From contig PWRN01000027.1 in the NCBI GenBank assembly GCA_003556225.1, positions 10,019-74,018 on the forward strand: 64,000 nucleotides of DNA, in the 5' to 3' direction. The notes beneath the pieces were generated by a model, which made no database searches, was not told the origin of the DNA, and was given only the letters and a program-made list of their open reading frames with translations. The DNA comes from Syntrophomonadaceae bacterium. GTDB lineage: Bacteria > Bacillota > Dethiobacteria > DTU022 > UBA8154. Positions 18,479 to 28,394 of the stretch are shown here, piece by piece. Made by a program: the position numbers and the translations under genes. The number at the start of each line of letters is the position of its first letter. Within the stretch, counting starts at the first letter, position 1.

Positions 18479-19633
18479 CTACCGCTGCGACAGGGTAGGG
18501 CTATTTTTTCTGATCACCATGTACTGGCCGATGTGCCGGGCAAAGGACTTACCCTGGCCGTAGACCAGCAGCAGCGGAAAGGCTTCTTCCGGCAAGTTTT
18601 TAAATAAATGCGCCAGGCGATAATCGGTGATGAATTCTTCTTCCAGGGCGTGGAGCAGGGCAGGGATCCGCTCCCGCAAACGAAAAATAATATCCCGCTG
18701 CTTTTTCTTCAGTCGCATTACGTATAACAGGTATTTCAAGTCATGTTCCGGGGTTTCATCAAAAATCATCGTCAAGTACAGGGCTGTAAGGTCGATCTTC
18801 CTGCGAGCAAACGATGAAGCGCTCTCTTTCTCCTGCAGGATGCGCTCCAAGGCCCGCAGGTTGTCAAGCATTCTTTGGCTAAAGCGGGTGCGTGGGAAAA
18901 GCACTTCTAAGAGGCCGAGCTCCTCCAGGCGTGACAGTACGGCAACAGGGGACGGTTCCCTGAAGATCAAAAATGCTTCCTCGTACAACCTTCCTTTGCT
19001 CAAGCGGCTGGTCAAATGGTTATGGCCGGCCGCAACTAACTGGTGGTATGTTTCTGTTTCAAGTTCGAATTGATACCTCTGTTCACAGCGCACGGCCCGA
19101 AAAACCCGGACTGGCTCGTCCACAAAACTGAGCTTGTAAAGAACGCGAATCAGCCCCTGTTCCAGGTCATCCTTTCCGCGAAAATAATCGTACAGTTGCC
19201 CGTAGGTGTCCGTATTCAAGGAACAGGCCATGGTATCGATCGTAAAATCCTGGTTATACATATCACTCTTTAAAAATACGTCGTCTCCAGGCGCTTCGTC
19301 CAGGGTTTTTAAAGAAAATTCCCGCCTGGCGGTGGTCATTTTCACCACGGTATGGTCTTGCAAAAAAAAATCTGCCGTTCCGAATTTCTCCATGACCTGC
19401 AGTCGGCCTTCAAAGAGCTTGTGTAAGCGATGAGCAAAATCAACGGCCGAGCCGTCAATTAACAAAGAAATTTCTGGACTGGGTTGATGGAGAAAAAGGT
19501 CTCGCACAACGTCTCCCACGGCATAGATCCGGGACCCGCCGCAACGGGCGCAGTAACTGCAGAGGTAAAACAATATTTGCAGGTCCCTGGAGAGGCGCTC
19601 GTTGATTAAGGGAAGGAGATTGGTCATTACCAT
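18479..19633 (-). CDS. tRNA nucleotidyltransferase / poly(A) polymerase family protein (PcnB/CCA-like head domain)
   Basis: The VGDVVRDLFL...DIDLLIDG segment corresponds to the Pol-beta-like nucleotidyltransferase GGxVRD/DxD head motif. 384 aa. Confidence 0.6.
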   Translation of the reverse strand: MVMTNLLPLINERLSRDLQILFYLCSYCARCGGSRIYAVGDVVRDLFLHQPSPEISLLIDGSAVDFAHRLHKLFEGRLQVMEKFGTADFFLQDHTVVKMTTARREFSLKTLDEAPGDDVFLKSDMYNQDFTIDTMACSLNTDTYGQLYDYFRGKDDLEQGLIRVLYKLSFVDEPVRVFRAVRCEQRYQFELETETYHQLVAAGHNHLTSRLSKGRLYEEAFLIFREPSPVAVLSRLEELGLLEVLFPRTRFSQRMLDNLRALERILQEKESASSFARRKIDLTALYLTMIFDETPEHDLKYLLYVMRLKKKQRDIIFRLRERIPALLHALEEEFITDYRLAHLFKNLPEEAFPLLLVYGQGKSFARHIGQYMVIRKNSPTLSQR

Positions 19634-19745
19634 GAACCCTTTCAGCTTATTCCAAGCGGGGCAATTTTTGACCGATACGAATGCGCAACTGCATGCACGT
19701 TCCCATTATACCATATCGTGGTAAGGGAACAAATAACCGGAAACA

Positions 19746-19767
19746 TAAAAAAACCTGGTGACCAGGT
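19746..19767 (-). terminator. candidate intrinsic terminator (minus strand): 7-bp stem AACCUGG/CCAGGUU, 3-nt loop, followed by a U7 tract
   Basis: The plus strand reads aaaaaaaCCTGGTgaCCAGGTT. On the minus strand this gives a hairpin followed by TTTTTTT. Confidence 0.4.
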
Positions 19768-19785
19768 TTACGCAAGAACAAACTC

Positions 19786-19943
19786 TTTGTTCCCTGCTTG
19801 CCCTCAACGCAAATCCGATTTGCCTTTACATAAAAGACTTTGGCTGTCCAATTTAGTCAGGTTTCGCGCCGTTTTCCTGCTTGCCCTCAGCGAGCACCGC
19901 AACATGATTAGTCGCAAATCCAGTGGCTGAGGGGAAGCAGGGA
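19786..19943. repeat. three copies (two direct, one inverted) of a roughly 22-nt motif TTCCCTGCTTGCCCTCAxCG with an associated CGCAAATCC element, in a noncoding region
   Basis: 19786-19808 and 19871-19893 are direct copies; 19922-19943 is the reverse complement of the same motif. Together they can form about 20-bp alternative stems. Confidence 0.5.
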
Positions 19944-20044
19944 AACAAGGGTTTATGTCTGAGCAAGCTTGATCATAAAGTAAAGAAATATGCTCCCATG
20001 TATAGAGAAAGATGCCGTGAGCACGGCTGCAGGGGCTCTTTTCG

Positions 20045-21361
20045 TTAGCTGGGAAACGGGGGAACCACGCCGTAGATTAAATGGGGAGATTCAACCTTTT
20101 CATCGCAGATATCAAAGGCATTTGCCAGTTCTTTGCTGGCATTTTTCAAGGAAGCTTCATTGTTCGCATGCACAAAGGCCAGGGTTTCGCCCTTGACCAC
20201 GCTGTCTCCGATTTTGCGGTTTAAGACCACACCCACCTCTGGCCGGATCTGCTGATCTTTGTACATACGCCCCACGCCCAGCCAGACGGCAGCCCGGCCC
20301 ACCCGTTTGGCATCAATTTCACAGAGATAACCCGCTTTTTTTGCTTTCACTTTATGAACAATCCGGGCTTTCGGATAGAGATCCGTGTTTTCCAGGTATG
20401 CGACCTCTCCCCCCTGCGCCTTGACGGTATCTTTAAGCTTCTGGTAGGCGCTGCCGTTTTTCAGCAGTTTTTCCGCCTGCTCCTGGCCTTCTTCGGGATT
20501 TCTTACTTTGCCCACCATGGCAAACATGTAACCGGCCAGCTGCACGCAAAGCCGTTCCACATCCCAGGGCCCTTGACCCTGCAGCACTTTCACCGCTTCG
20601 ATGACCTCCAGGGCATTTCCAACAGCGAAACCCAGGGGCTGGCTCATATCAGAAACAACAGCGACCACGCGGCGGTCCATGTCCTTCCCGATCCTTACGA
20701 GAATCTCGGCCAGGTTGAACGCGTCATCAAGGCCTTCCATGAAAGCCCCGCGCCCCGCCTTGATATCCAGCAAAATGGCCTGGGTTCCCGCGGCCATTTT
20801 TTTACTCATGATGGACGCCGCAATCAGGGAGATGTTTTCTACCGTTCCCGTCACGTCTCGCAAGGCGTAAAGCTTCCCTTCAGCCGGGGTTAACCCCTCG
20901 GTTTGCATCATGATCGCCAGGTTATTGTCCTGGACGATCTCTTTAAAACGCTGGATGGAAAGCCGGGCATTAAAGCCGGGAATACTCTCCAGTTTATCGA
21001 TGGTGCCCCCTGTAAAGCCCAACCCGCGGCCCGAAATTTTTGCCACCGGGATTCCTGCGGCAGCAACGATGGGGGTCAAAATGAGGGTCACCTTGTCGCC
21101 AACCCCGCCGCTGCTGTGCTTGTCCACCACGGTTTTACCCAGGGATGAAAAATCAAGCACTTCTCCGGAATAGGCCAGCGCCGTGGTGAGGGCATTGGTT
21201 TCCTTGGCGTTTAAACCCCGAAAATAAATGGCCATCAGCAGCGAAGCCATCTGGTAGTCCGGTATGGACCCGGTATTGTATTCATGGATCAGAAATTGGA
21301 TTTCCTCGGGAGACAGGCTTTGGCCGTCTCGCTTTTTAATAATCAAATCCAATGCTTGCAT
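20045..21361 (-). CDS. pdp: pyrimidine-nucleoside phosphorylase
   Basis: KHSSGGVGDKVTLILTPIVAA and GRGLGFTGGTIDKLESIPGF motifs of thymidine/pyrimidine-nucleoside phosphorylase, 438 aa. Confidence 0.85.
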   Translation of the reverse strand: MQALDLIIKKRDGQSLSPEEIQFLIHEYNTGSIPDYQMASLLMAIYFRGLNAKETNALTTALAYSGEVLDFSSLGKTVVDKHSSGGVGDKVTLILTPIVAAAGIPVAKISGRGLGFTGGTIDKLESIPGFNARLSIQRFKEIVQDNNLAIMMQTEGLTPAEGKLYALRDVTGTVENISLIAASIMSKKMAAGTQAILLDIKAGRGAFMEGLDDAFNLAEILVRIGKDMDRRVVAVVSDMSQPLGFAVGNALEVIEAVKVLQGQGPWDVERLCVQLAGYMFAMVGKVRNPEEGQEQAEKLLKNGSAYQKLKDTVKAQGGEVAYLENTDLYPKARIVHKVKAKKAGYLCEIDAKRVGRAAVWLGVGRMYKDQQIRPEVGVVLNRKIGDSVVKGETLAFVHANNEASLKNASKELANAFDICDEKVESPHLIYGVVPPFPS

Positions 21362-21364
21362 GGT

Positions 21365-22540
21365 TTACTCCTTATAGTTGAGATCCCGGGCAAAGCTGAC
21401 CCCTTCCAGCGATGCGGCAACACCCAGCAGGTCGGCAACTGTTGCTCCAAGGTCCGCAAAACTCTGGCGGGTGCCTAAAGAAATCGCCTTGACCTGCCGG
21501 CCGTAAACCAGCAGGGGAACATACTCCCTGGTGTGATCCGTGCCTGCAAAGGTCGGGTCGCAGCCGTGGTCAGCCGTGATAAAAAGCACATCTTCCTCGT
21601 GTAAGCGGCTGATGAAAGCCCTTAAAAATTGATCAAAAACTTCCAGCGCCCCCAAAAACCCCTTCACATCATTGCGGTGACCGTAGAGCATATCAAAATC
21701 AACCAGGGTCGCCCAGATGATCCCCCGAAAGGGTTGTTCGATACACCCCATCAAGCTTTGCATGATGCCTTTGTTACCCCGGTCTTGCTGGTGCCGCGTG
21801 ATTCCCTGTCCTGAAAAAATATCGTAGGCTTTGCCAACAACCCATACCTCGAGCCCGGCCTGGCTTACGGCATCCAACAAGGTCGGTGCGGGAGGCGGCA
21901 AAGAAAAGTCTTTCCGGTTCTCGGTGCGAAAGAAATGACCGGCCGATCCCTGAAAAGGGCGGGCAATCACCCTGCCCACGGCATGTTCCCCCAGGAAAAT
22001 CTCCTTCCGCGCCTTTACACACCAATCATAAAGGGTTTCCACGGGAACCACATCTTCGTGGGCTGCAACCTGGAAGACGCTGTCTGCTGAAGTATAGACG
22101 ATGGGCCGTCCAGTTTCCAGGTGCGCCTTACCCAGGTGGTTAATGATTTCCGTTCCCGATGCAGCCAAGTTGCCAAGGACCCTTTTTCCCACGTAGGCTT
22201 CAAAGGGAGTGATCACCGCTTCGGGAAAGCCTTGAGGATAAACGGGGAACGGTTGATCCACGGGAACACCTGCAAGTTCCCAGTGGCCGGAGATGGTATC
22301 CTTGCCGCGGGAACGCTGGGCCATTTTACCATAGGCGCCCCGGATCTGCGGGGTTGTCTCCAGGGACTCCACCAGTTCCCCCAGACCCAGGGAGACGAGG
22401 CCCGGCAGGGAATAACCTGGAGAAGCGGAGAGAACATGGCCCAGGGTATTGCTGCCCTCATCCCCGTACAGGTACGCATCGGGCAAGGCACCCACCCCCA
22501 GGCCGTCCAATACCAGGATTACGATACGATGCACGTTCAT
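21365..22540 (-). CDS. deoB: phosphopentomutase
   Basis: MNVHRIVILVLDGLGVGALPDA N-terminus and metal-binding motifs of the alkaline-phosphatase-like DeoB. 391 aa, adjacent to pdp. Confidence 0.9.
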   Translation of the reverse strand: MNVHRIVILVLDGLGVGALPDAYLYGDEGSNTLGHVLSASPGYSLPGLVSLGLGELVESLETTPQIRGAYGKMAQRSRGKDTISGHWELAGVPVDQPFPVYPQGFPEAVITPFEAYVGKRVLGNLAASGTEIINHLGKAHLETGRPIVYTSADSVFQVAAHEDVVPVETLYDWCVKARKEIFLGEHAVGRVIARPFQGSAGHFFRTENRKDFSLPPPAPTLLDAVSQAGLEVWVVGKAYDIFSGQGITRHQQDRGNKGIMQSLMGCIEQPFRGIIWATLVDFDMLYGHRNDVKGFLGALEVFDQFLRAFISRLHEEDVLFITADHGCDPTFAGTDHTREYVPLLVYGRQVKAISLGTRQSFADLGATVADLLGVAASLEGVSFARDLNYKE

Positions 22541-22602
22541 GTGATCACCCGTTTCCTAGCCCGGCGCTGGAAAAGGCTGGTCTGCAGTTCGCGGCAGCAC
22601 GT

Positions 22603-23490
22603 CTAGGCGCGAGGATGAGCCTGGTCATACACTTCCTTGATTTTCTTCCGCGTCAGCTGGGTGTAAATCTGAGTCGTGGAGATATCCGCATGACCCAGCA
22701 TCTCCTGGACTGAACGCAAATCTGCGCCATTTTCCAGCAAGTGGGTCGCGAAAGAATGGCGCAGCGTATGCGGCGTAATCTCTGCATTAATGCCTGCCCG
22801 GAGAACATACTTTTTTAATATCTTCCAGAACCCCTGCCGGGTTAAACGTTTACCGTGCTGGTTGAGAAAAAGTGCCTTTTCGTCCTGGTTCTTCAATAAT
22901 TTTCTGCGGCTGCGTGCTAAATAATCCTGCAAGCAATGGATGGCGACGGATCCCAGCGGGATCATTCTCTCTTTTCCACCTTTGCCATCACAGCGCAAGA
23001 ACCCCATTTTGATGTTGGCATGATTGAGGTTCAAGGACACCAGTTCAGAAACGCGGATCCCGGTCGCGTAGATGAGCTCCAGCATGGCTTTATCCCTGGT
23101 GCCAATTTCACAATTGGTCTGGGGTTGTTCCAGCAGAAGTTCGATATCGCTAAAGGAGAGCACATGGGGCAGTTTCTTTTCCATTCTCGGGGTTTCGAGC
23201 TCGATGGCGGGGTTTTCCTGAATAAACTGTTCTTTTAAAAGGAACTGGTAAAAGGATCGCAGGGAAGCGAGACTTCGGCCGATGGATGAAGGGGCCAGGC
23301 CGTTTTCTTGCTGCAGGTTTAAATAATCGCTGATCTGCTTCCTGGAAGTCTCTTTGAAGCATTGCACGTTGTTTTTTTGCAAGAAAGCCACATATTTTTT
23401 CAGGTCTCGCTGGTAAGACTCCAGGGTATTGTCGGCAAGTCCTTTTTCCACGGAAAGATGATAAATATATTCTTTCAAAAGCTGCTCCAT
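22603..23490 (-). CDS. xerD: site-specific tyrosine recombinase XerD (XerC/D family)
   Basis: C-terminal catalytic residues R...HTLRHSFATHLLENGADLRSVQEMLGHADISTTQIYT (R-H-R-Y). 295 aa, next to deoB as for Bacillus ripX. Confidence 0.8.
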   Translation of the reverse strand: MEQLLKEYIYHLSVEKGLADNTLESYQRDLKKYVAFLQKNNVQCFKETSRKQISDYLNLQQENGLAPSSIGRSLASLRSFYQFLLKEQFIQENPAIELETPRMEKKLPHVLSFSDIELLLEQPQTNCEIGTRDKAMLELIYATGIRVSELVSLNLNHANIKMGFLRCDGKGGKERMIPLGSVAIHCLQDYLARSRRKLLKNQDEKALFLNQHGKRLTRQGFWKILKKYVLRAGINAEITPHTLRHSFATHLLENGADLRSVQEMLGHADISTTQIYTQLTRKKIKEVYDQAHPRA

Positions 23491-23733
23491 CCGGTAATAA
23501 CCCCTTTACGATAATTCCGCGGCCTGGTGATTAGACCCGTCCAGGAAAAAACCGGTTATGTTCCTGCTTGCCATGAACCCACGGGATTGAAACGAAAAAA
23601 GAAAACCCTCGCGCAACTTTCTTGCCAGATTGCGCAACAATAACCAACTATTCCACGCGGCTGGTTAAAAACCCTTTAAAAATGTTTTGTCGGGATAACA
23701 ATCTTTTCATATCTTTAACCACAGTAGAAGACC

Positions 23734-24291
23734 CTACAATCCCAGGTATTGCCGTGCCATCAGCAGGCCGACAATGGTTTTTCCGTCTTCCACAACCCCG
23801 CTTTGAATTTTGGCGAGCCCTTCTTTCAGGGGAAAACTTTCCAGTAAAATAAATTCATCGTCCGGCTGGGCCACGGTCTTTTTTACTAGATCTTGTGCCA
23901 GGTAGATGTGAATCACTTCGCTGGAAAAGCCCGGCGACGGATAAAACGAAGTAAGCTTCACCAGTTTGTTGCTCGCAAACCCGATCTCTTCGGCCAATTC
24001 CCTTTGCGCACAGGCTTCCAGTGTTTCCCCTTTCTCGATCAGGCCCGCCGGTATTTCCAAGAGAACTTTCTCGGCAGCTTTCCTAAACTGGCGGATACAA
24101 AGCACTTCCTGATTATCATTGATAGGAATGATCGCCACCGCTCCTGCGTGCTCCACGATTTCACGCTTGCTTTCGTTGTCGTCGGGCAGGAGCACCTCAT
24201 CCACGCGCACGGTAACCACCTTACCGCGAAAGGGATAACTGGAGCGCAGCGTTTTTTCTTCAAGCTCCACCAGGAACACCTCTTTTCTCAT
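23734..24291 (-). CDS. nudF: ADP-ribose pyrophosphatase (Nudix hydrolase)
   Basis: Nudix box GLIEKGETLEACAQRELAEEIG (GX5EX7REUXEEXGU), 185 aa. Confidence 0.7.
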   Translation of the reverse strand: MRKEVFLVELEEKTLRSSYPFRGKVVTVRVDEVLLPDDNESKREIVEHAGAVAIIPINDNQEVLCIRQFRKAAEKVLLEIPAGLIEKGETLEACAQRELAEEIGFASNKLVKLTSFYPSPGFSSEVIHIYLAQDLVKKTVAQPDDEFILLESFPLKEGLAKIQSGVVEDGKTIVGLLMARQYLGL

Positions 24292-24372
24292 CGTATTTAT
24301 GCCGGAACCGGTTTTGGGCCCGGCAGGGCATTACTTCTCTCCCGCTTCCTGCGCAGGTTGATTTTCCAGTCG

Positions 24373-25233
24373 TCACGGTTTATCTCGCAGCTTCAGCAGC
24401 CGGGCCGCATTTAAGCCCAGGATCTTTCTTTTACCTTCTTCCGACAGGGGAAGCCCTTCGATGGTTTCAATGTTCTTTTTGATGGAGGGAACAGCCGGCC
24501 AATCGGTCCCAAAAATGGTCTTGGAAGACAGTCTTTCCAGCCCGGGGAGATACTGCAACAAATTTTGGGGAGGCAATCCGGCAATCTCCAGGTAGACGTT
24601 TCGATGGAGTTGGGCCAGGAATGCGGCTTTGTCATACCAGAACCCGCGACCGCTGTGGACCAGCAAAATGGTTAGATGAGGAAAATCCACCGCCACATCG
24701 TCCCAGTAAATGGGGTCGGCATAGCGCAGCCTTGTCCAGGGAAAAATCGAACTGCCCGTATGAGACATGATCACGATTCCCCGGTCCTGGGCTACCTGGT
24801 AGAGGGGGTACAGCCGGCGGTCATGGGGATAAAAATGCTGGTACGAGGGAAGCAGTTTGAGTCCCCACATCTGCAGATCTTCCAGGCAGTAGAGGAGCTC
24901 TTCTTCCGGCCGGGTGACCAGGTACGGATTAATATTGGCAAAAGGGATCAGCCGGGGGTGGTTTTGACAGAATGCCGCCACGTATTCATTGGAGGTCATC
25001 CCCGTGGAGATCGGGGAAGATTCGGCCAGGCAAACCCCGTAATCGACGCCGTTTTCTTTTAAGAGCTCAGAAAGTTTGCCCGGGTCAATTTCTCCCCGGG
25101 AATCTGATACCCTATCCAGGCCGCTTCCCCGCGGGACAAAACTTTCGATCCATTCCCAAACAAAAGGTTTCGTCATCTCCCGGCTGCCCACGTGGAGGTG
25201 GAAGTCTATGACCAGGTCATTGCTGCCCGCCAT
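24373..25233 (-). CDS. amidohydrolase-2 family metal-dependent hydrolase (TIM barrel)
   Basis: N-terminal IDFHLHV and later HTG/HSG metal-ligand pattern typical of amidohydrolase_2. Confidence 0.55.
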   Translation of the reverse strand: MAGSNDLVIDFHLHVGSREMTKPFVWEWIESFVPRGSGLDRVSDSRGEIDPGKLSELLKENGVDYGVCLAESSPISTGMTSNEYVAAFCQNHPRLIPFANINPYLVTRPEEELLYCLEDLQMWGLKLLPSYQHFYPHDRRLYPLYQVAQDRGIVIMSHTGSSIFPWTRLRYADPIYWDDVAVDFPHLTILLVHSGRGFWYDKAAFLAQLHRNVYLEIAGLPPQNLLQYLPGLERLSSKTIFGTDWPAVPSIKKNIETIEGLPLSEEGKRKILGLNAARLLKLRDKP

Positions 25234-25272
25234 ACCTGCACACATCCTTTACATATCGCGCTGGACCGAGAA

Positions 25273-26418
25273 CTAAACTCGGCCTTTTAAGACTTCATTG
25301 GCCAGCACAAGTCGTTGAATTTCACTGGTGCCCTCGTAAATTTGCATGATCTTGGCATCCCGCATGTATTTCTCCATGGGGTAATCCTTCATGTAGCCGT
25401 AACCGCCCATCACCTGCAGGGCTTCGGTGGTGACTTCCATGGCCATATCCCCGGCAAAAGCCTTGGACATGGCAGAATGGGCCGACAGGCGTTTTTCCTG
25501 TTTATCAACTTTAAAAGCCGCCTGCAGCACCAGCAGCCTGGCTGCTTCAATTTTCATGGCCATATTTGCCAGCTTGAATTGAATGGCCTGGAAAGAGCTG
25601 ATAGGCTTCCCGAACTGCTCTCGCTCCCGGGCATAGCTCACGGCACGCTCATATGCCGCCCGGGCGATACCCACGGCCATGGCCCCGACCATGGGGCGTG
25701 AAATATCCAGGGTGGTCATGGCAATGCGAAAACCGCCGCCTTCCTGGCCTAAAACATTCTCTTCCGGCACGAAGACATCTTCAAAGAGGACTTCCGTGGT
25801 ATTGGAGGCCCGGATACCCATTTTATTCTCTTTTTTCCCGGGCTCCAGGCCGGGAAAATCGCGTTCTAACACGAGCGCCGTGAGCCCCCGCGCGCCGCGG
25901 GAGCGGTCAACGGTGGCAAAAACGGTGTAATAGTCTGCAATGCCCCCGTTGGTGATGAAACACTTCCGTCCGTTGATCATGTACCCCTTGTCCACCTTCT
26001 TGGCCAGGGTAGAAATGGCGGCGGCGTCAGAGCCCGCACCCGGCTCCGTTAGGCAGAACGCGGCAAATTTCCCCTCAGACAGAGGGGTTAAGTATTTTTC
26101 TTTTTGCTCGTGGCTCCCGCCCACCAGGATGGGGTAAGCGGCCAGGGAATTGGCTGCAGCGCTGGTTGTGATCCCGGCGCAGCCCCGGGACAGCTCTTCT
26201 ACCACCAGGCAGGAGGTCACACAGTCCATCCCGCCTCCGCCGTATTCTTCAGGGATCGTCATGGTGCTGTATCCCTGGTAGATCATTTCTTTGAGCAGGT
26301 CGATGGGTGTTTCATTTTCCTCGTCGTACTTGGCCGCAACGGGAATCATGGCTTTTTCCGCATACTCGCGGGCGGCTTTTTTCATGTCTACCTGTTCGGG
26401 CGTAAAGTCAAAGTTCAT
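25273..26418 (-). CDS. acyl-CoA dehydrogenase (short/medium-chain, butyryl-CoA dehydrogenase-like)
   Basis: Full-length ACAD architecture with YGGGG, FCLTEPGAGSDA, GGYGY and a C-terminal EGTSEIQRLV catalytic glutamate region. Start taken at the internal Met MNFDFTPEQ. Confidence 0.8.
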   Translation of the reverse strand: MNFDFTPEQVDMKKAAREYAEKAMIPVAAKYDEENETPIDLLKEMIYQGYSTMTIPEEYGGGGMDCVTSCLVVEELSRGCAGITTSAAANSLAAYPILVGGSHEQKEKYLTPLSEGKFAAFCLTEPGAGSDAAAISTLAKKVDKGYMINGRKCFITNGGIADYYTVFATVDRSRGARGLTALVLERDFPGLEPGKKENKMGIRASNTTEVLFEDVFVPEENVLGQEGGGFRIAMTTLDISRPMVGAMAVGIARAAYERAVSYAREREQFGKPISSFQAIQFKLANMAMKIEAARLLVLQAAFKVDKQEKRLSAHSAMSKAFAGDMAMEVTTEALQVMGGYGYMKDYPMEKYMRDAKIMQIYEGTSEIQRLVLANEVLKGRV

Positions 26419-26606
26419 TGTTGTTGCTTGCCTTAACCGGATCGTTAAAGCAAGTGACACCTCCTTTTCTTGCTGCTTCTTTTTTACTATTCTTCATTAT
26501 CCTATCGGCTCCCGCCGGCTTATTATCCCGTTGAAGTGGCCAGGATGCAGTTTCGGTGTTCACCCTGCTTCAGGGCAATTTTCTCGTCTAAAACTGCCAG
26601 ATAAGA

Positions 26607-28295
26607 TCATGTTCTTCCCTGGTCTTTTTCCAGTAACTTTTCGGCGTGGCGTTTTGTAATTTCGCTGCTCTCTTCGCCTCCCAGCATGCGGGCGATTTCT
26701 TCAATACGCATGTTTGTGTCCAGGTATTTCAGCCGGGTTACCGTGCGGTTGCTGCTGAATTCTTTGTAAATGTTATACTGGTGATGGGCTTTTCCGGCAA
26801 TATGAGGGCTGTGGGTGACACAAACCACCTGGTGATACGCGCTAAGATCCGCCAGTTTTTCAGCCACCCGCTGGATGGTTTTCCCCCCGATCCCGCTGTC
26901 GATTTCATCAAAGATCAATGTGGGAATATGATCCTGTTCAGCCAAAATGCTCTTCAAGGCCAGCATGACCCGGGCCATTTCCCCGGCAGAAATAATCCTG
27001 GACAGGGGTTTCGCTTCTTCACCCGGGTTTGCCGAAAACAAAAACTCCACGTTTTCTTTCCCCAGGCGATCGGGCGTTTCCTTCTGGCGGAAAGAAACCT
27101 GGAATTTTCCGCCCGCGATCCCCAGTTCCTGCAGCAATTCGATCACCAGCGATTCGATGGTCTCTGCGGCGTCTTTCCTTTTTGCAAAGAGAGCAGCAGC
27201 ACGAAGCTTCATCTGCTCCTCGATGGCTTGCCGTTCCCTCTCCAGGGCTGTTAAACGGGCTTCACTATTTTCCAGGTCTTCGATCTCCTTTTGACATCTT
27301 TCTTGAAAGGCCCGCACCTCCTGTACCGTTTGACCGTATTTTCTTTTTAAGTTTCGATAGATTTCCAGGCGGTCCTCCGTCTCCTGGCGTTCCTCCGCTG
27401 AAAAGTTGAGACGGTCCTGGTAACGGAAGAGCTCGTGACTTAACTCCGTCAATCCTGTAGAAGCTTCTTCCAGGACTTCCGCATACCCTTGAAACTCCGG
27501 ATCAAAGCGGCTGAGCATAAGCAGCTCCTCTTTTATGCGATTGATTCGATCCAAAACCGGTATTGTTTCAGACTCACCCTGGTAGAGTTCATGGTACGCC
27601 CGGTGAACCGCCGCGAGCAGTTTCTCCTGGTTATCCAGCAGGGAAAGCTTCTGCTGCAGGCGCTCTTCTTCCTGCGGATCCAGGGCGGCGGCTGCGATCT
27701 CATCCCGCTGGTAAGACAACAGCTCCAACTTACGGGCCCGTTCTTGGGGATTCTCTCCCAGCGCCTTTAACGCCTGCTGAATTTTCTGCCTTTTCTGGTA
27801 GAGAGACTGCCAATGTTCTCTCTCCTCTAGCAACGCCTCTCCGCCGAACTCATCCAGCAGGAGGAGATTTTGCTCCGCATGCAGCAAGGATTGATGGCTG
27901 TGCTGCCCGTGTAAGTCCACCAGGAAGCGTCCTATTTCCTTCAGGGTAGAGAGCGGCACCATGCGGGCATTCACCCGGCAAACGTTGCGCCCGCTTGCGG
28001 ATATCTCCCGGGAAAGAATCAAGTTCTCCGCGGGTTCAACCCCGATCTCCTGCAGTTTCATCGCCAGGGCCGGCTGGACCCCGGACCACGTAAAAGCCGC
28101 TTCGATCACGGCCTTGTCAAAACCGGAGCGAATCTGCTCGCTGGAAGCCCTTTCCCCCAAGAGCAGGCTGATCGCACCCACCACGATGGATTTCCCGGCC
28201 CCCGTTTCACCGGTTAAGACATTCAAACCCGGGTAGAGGTCAAAAGAAAGTTCTTCGATTAACGCGAAATTTTTCATCGATAAAAAAACCAGCAA
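26607..28295 (-). CDS. recN: DNA repair protein RecN
   Basis: Walker A GETGAGKSIVVGAISLLLG, long coiled-coil, C-terminal signature and Walker B. 562 aa. Confidence 0.9.
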   Translation of the reverse strand: MLVFLSMKNFALIEELSFDLYPGLNVLTGETGAGKSIVVGAISLLLGERASSEQIRSGFDKAVIEAAFTWSGVQPALAMKLQEIGVEPAENLILSREISASGRNVCRVNARMVPLSTLKEIGRFLVDLHGQHSHQSLLHAEQNLLLLDEFGGEALLEEREHWQSLYQKRQKIQQALKALGENPQERARKLELLSYQRDEIAAAALDPQEEERLQQKLSLLDNQEKLLAAVHRAYHELYQGESETIPVLDRINRIKEELLMLSRFDPEFQGYAEVLEEASTGLTELSHELFRYQDRLNFSAEERQETEDRLEIYRNLKRKYGQTVQEVRAFQERCQKEIEDLENSEARLTALERERQAIEEQMKLRAAALFAKRKDAAETIESLVIELLQELGIAGGKFQVSFRQKETPDRLGKENVEFLFSANPGEEAKPLSRIISAGEMARVMLALKSILAEQDHIPTLIFDEIDSGIGGKTIQRVAEKLADLSAYHQVVCVTHSPHIAGKAHHQYNIYKEFSSNRTVTRLKYLDTNMRIEEIARMLGGEESSEITKRHAEKLLEKDQGRT

Positions 28296-28394
28296 GGCAG
28301 TACCTCCATCAGCAACCTCGCAGCAGGGAAAGACATCATCCCTGCTTCCTTCGTCTCCAGGAACCGAAGGGACATCCCGTTCTTGTTCCTGCCG

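Noticed and set aside
20354-22606. Plus-strand ORFs of 80-180 aa within pdp and deoB
   Set aside because: They are antisense to strongly supported genes and have low-complexity Arg/Gly/Pro composition.
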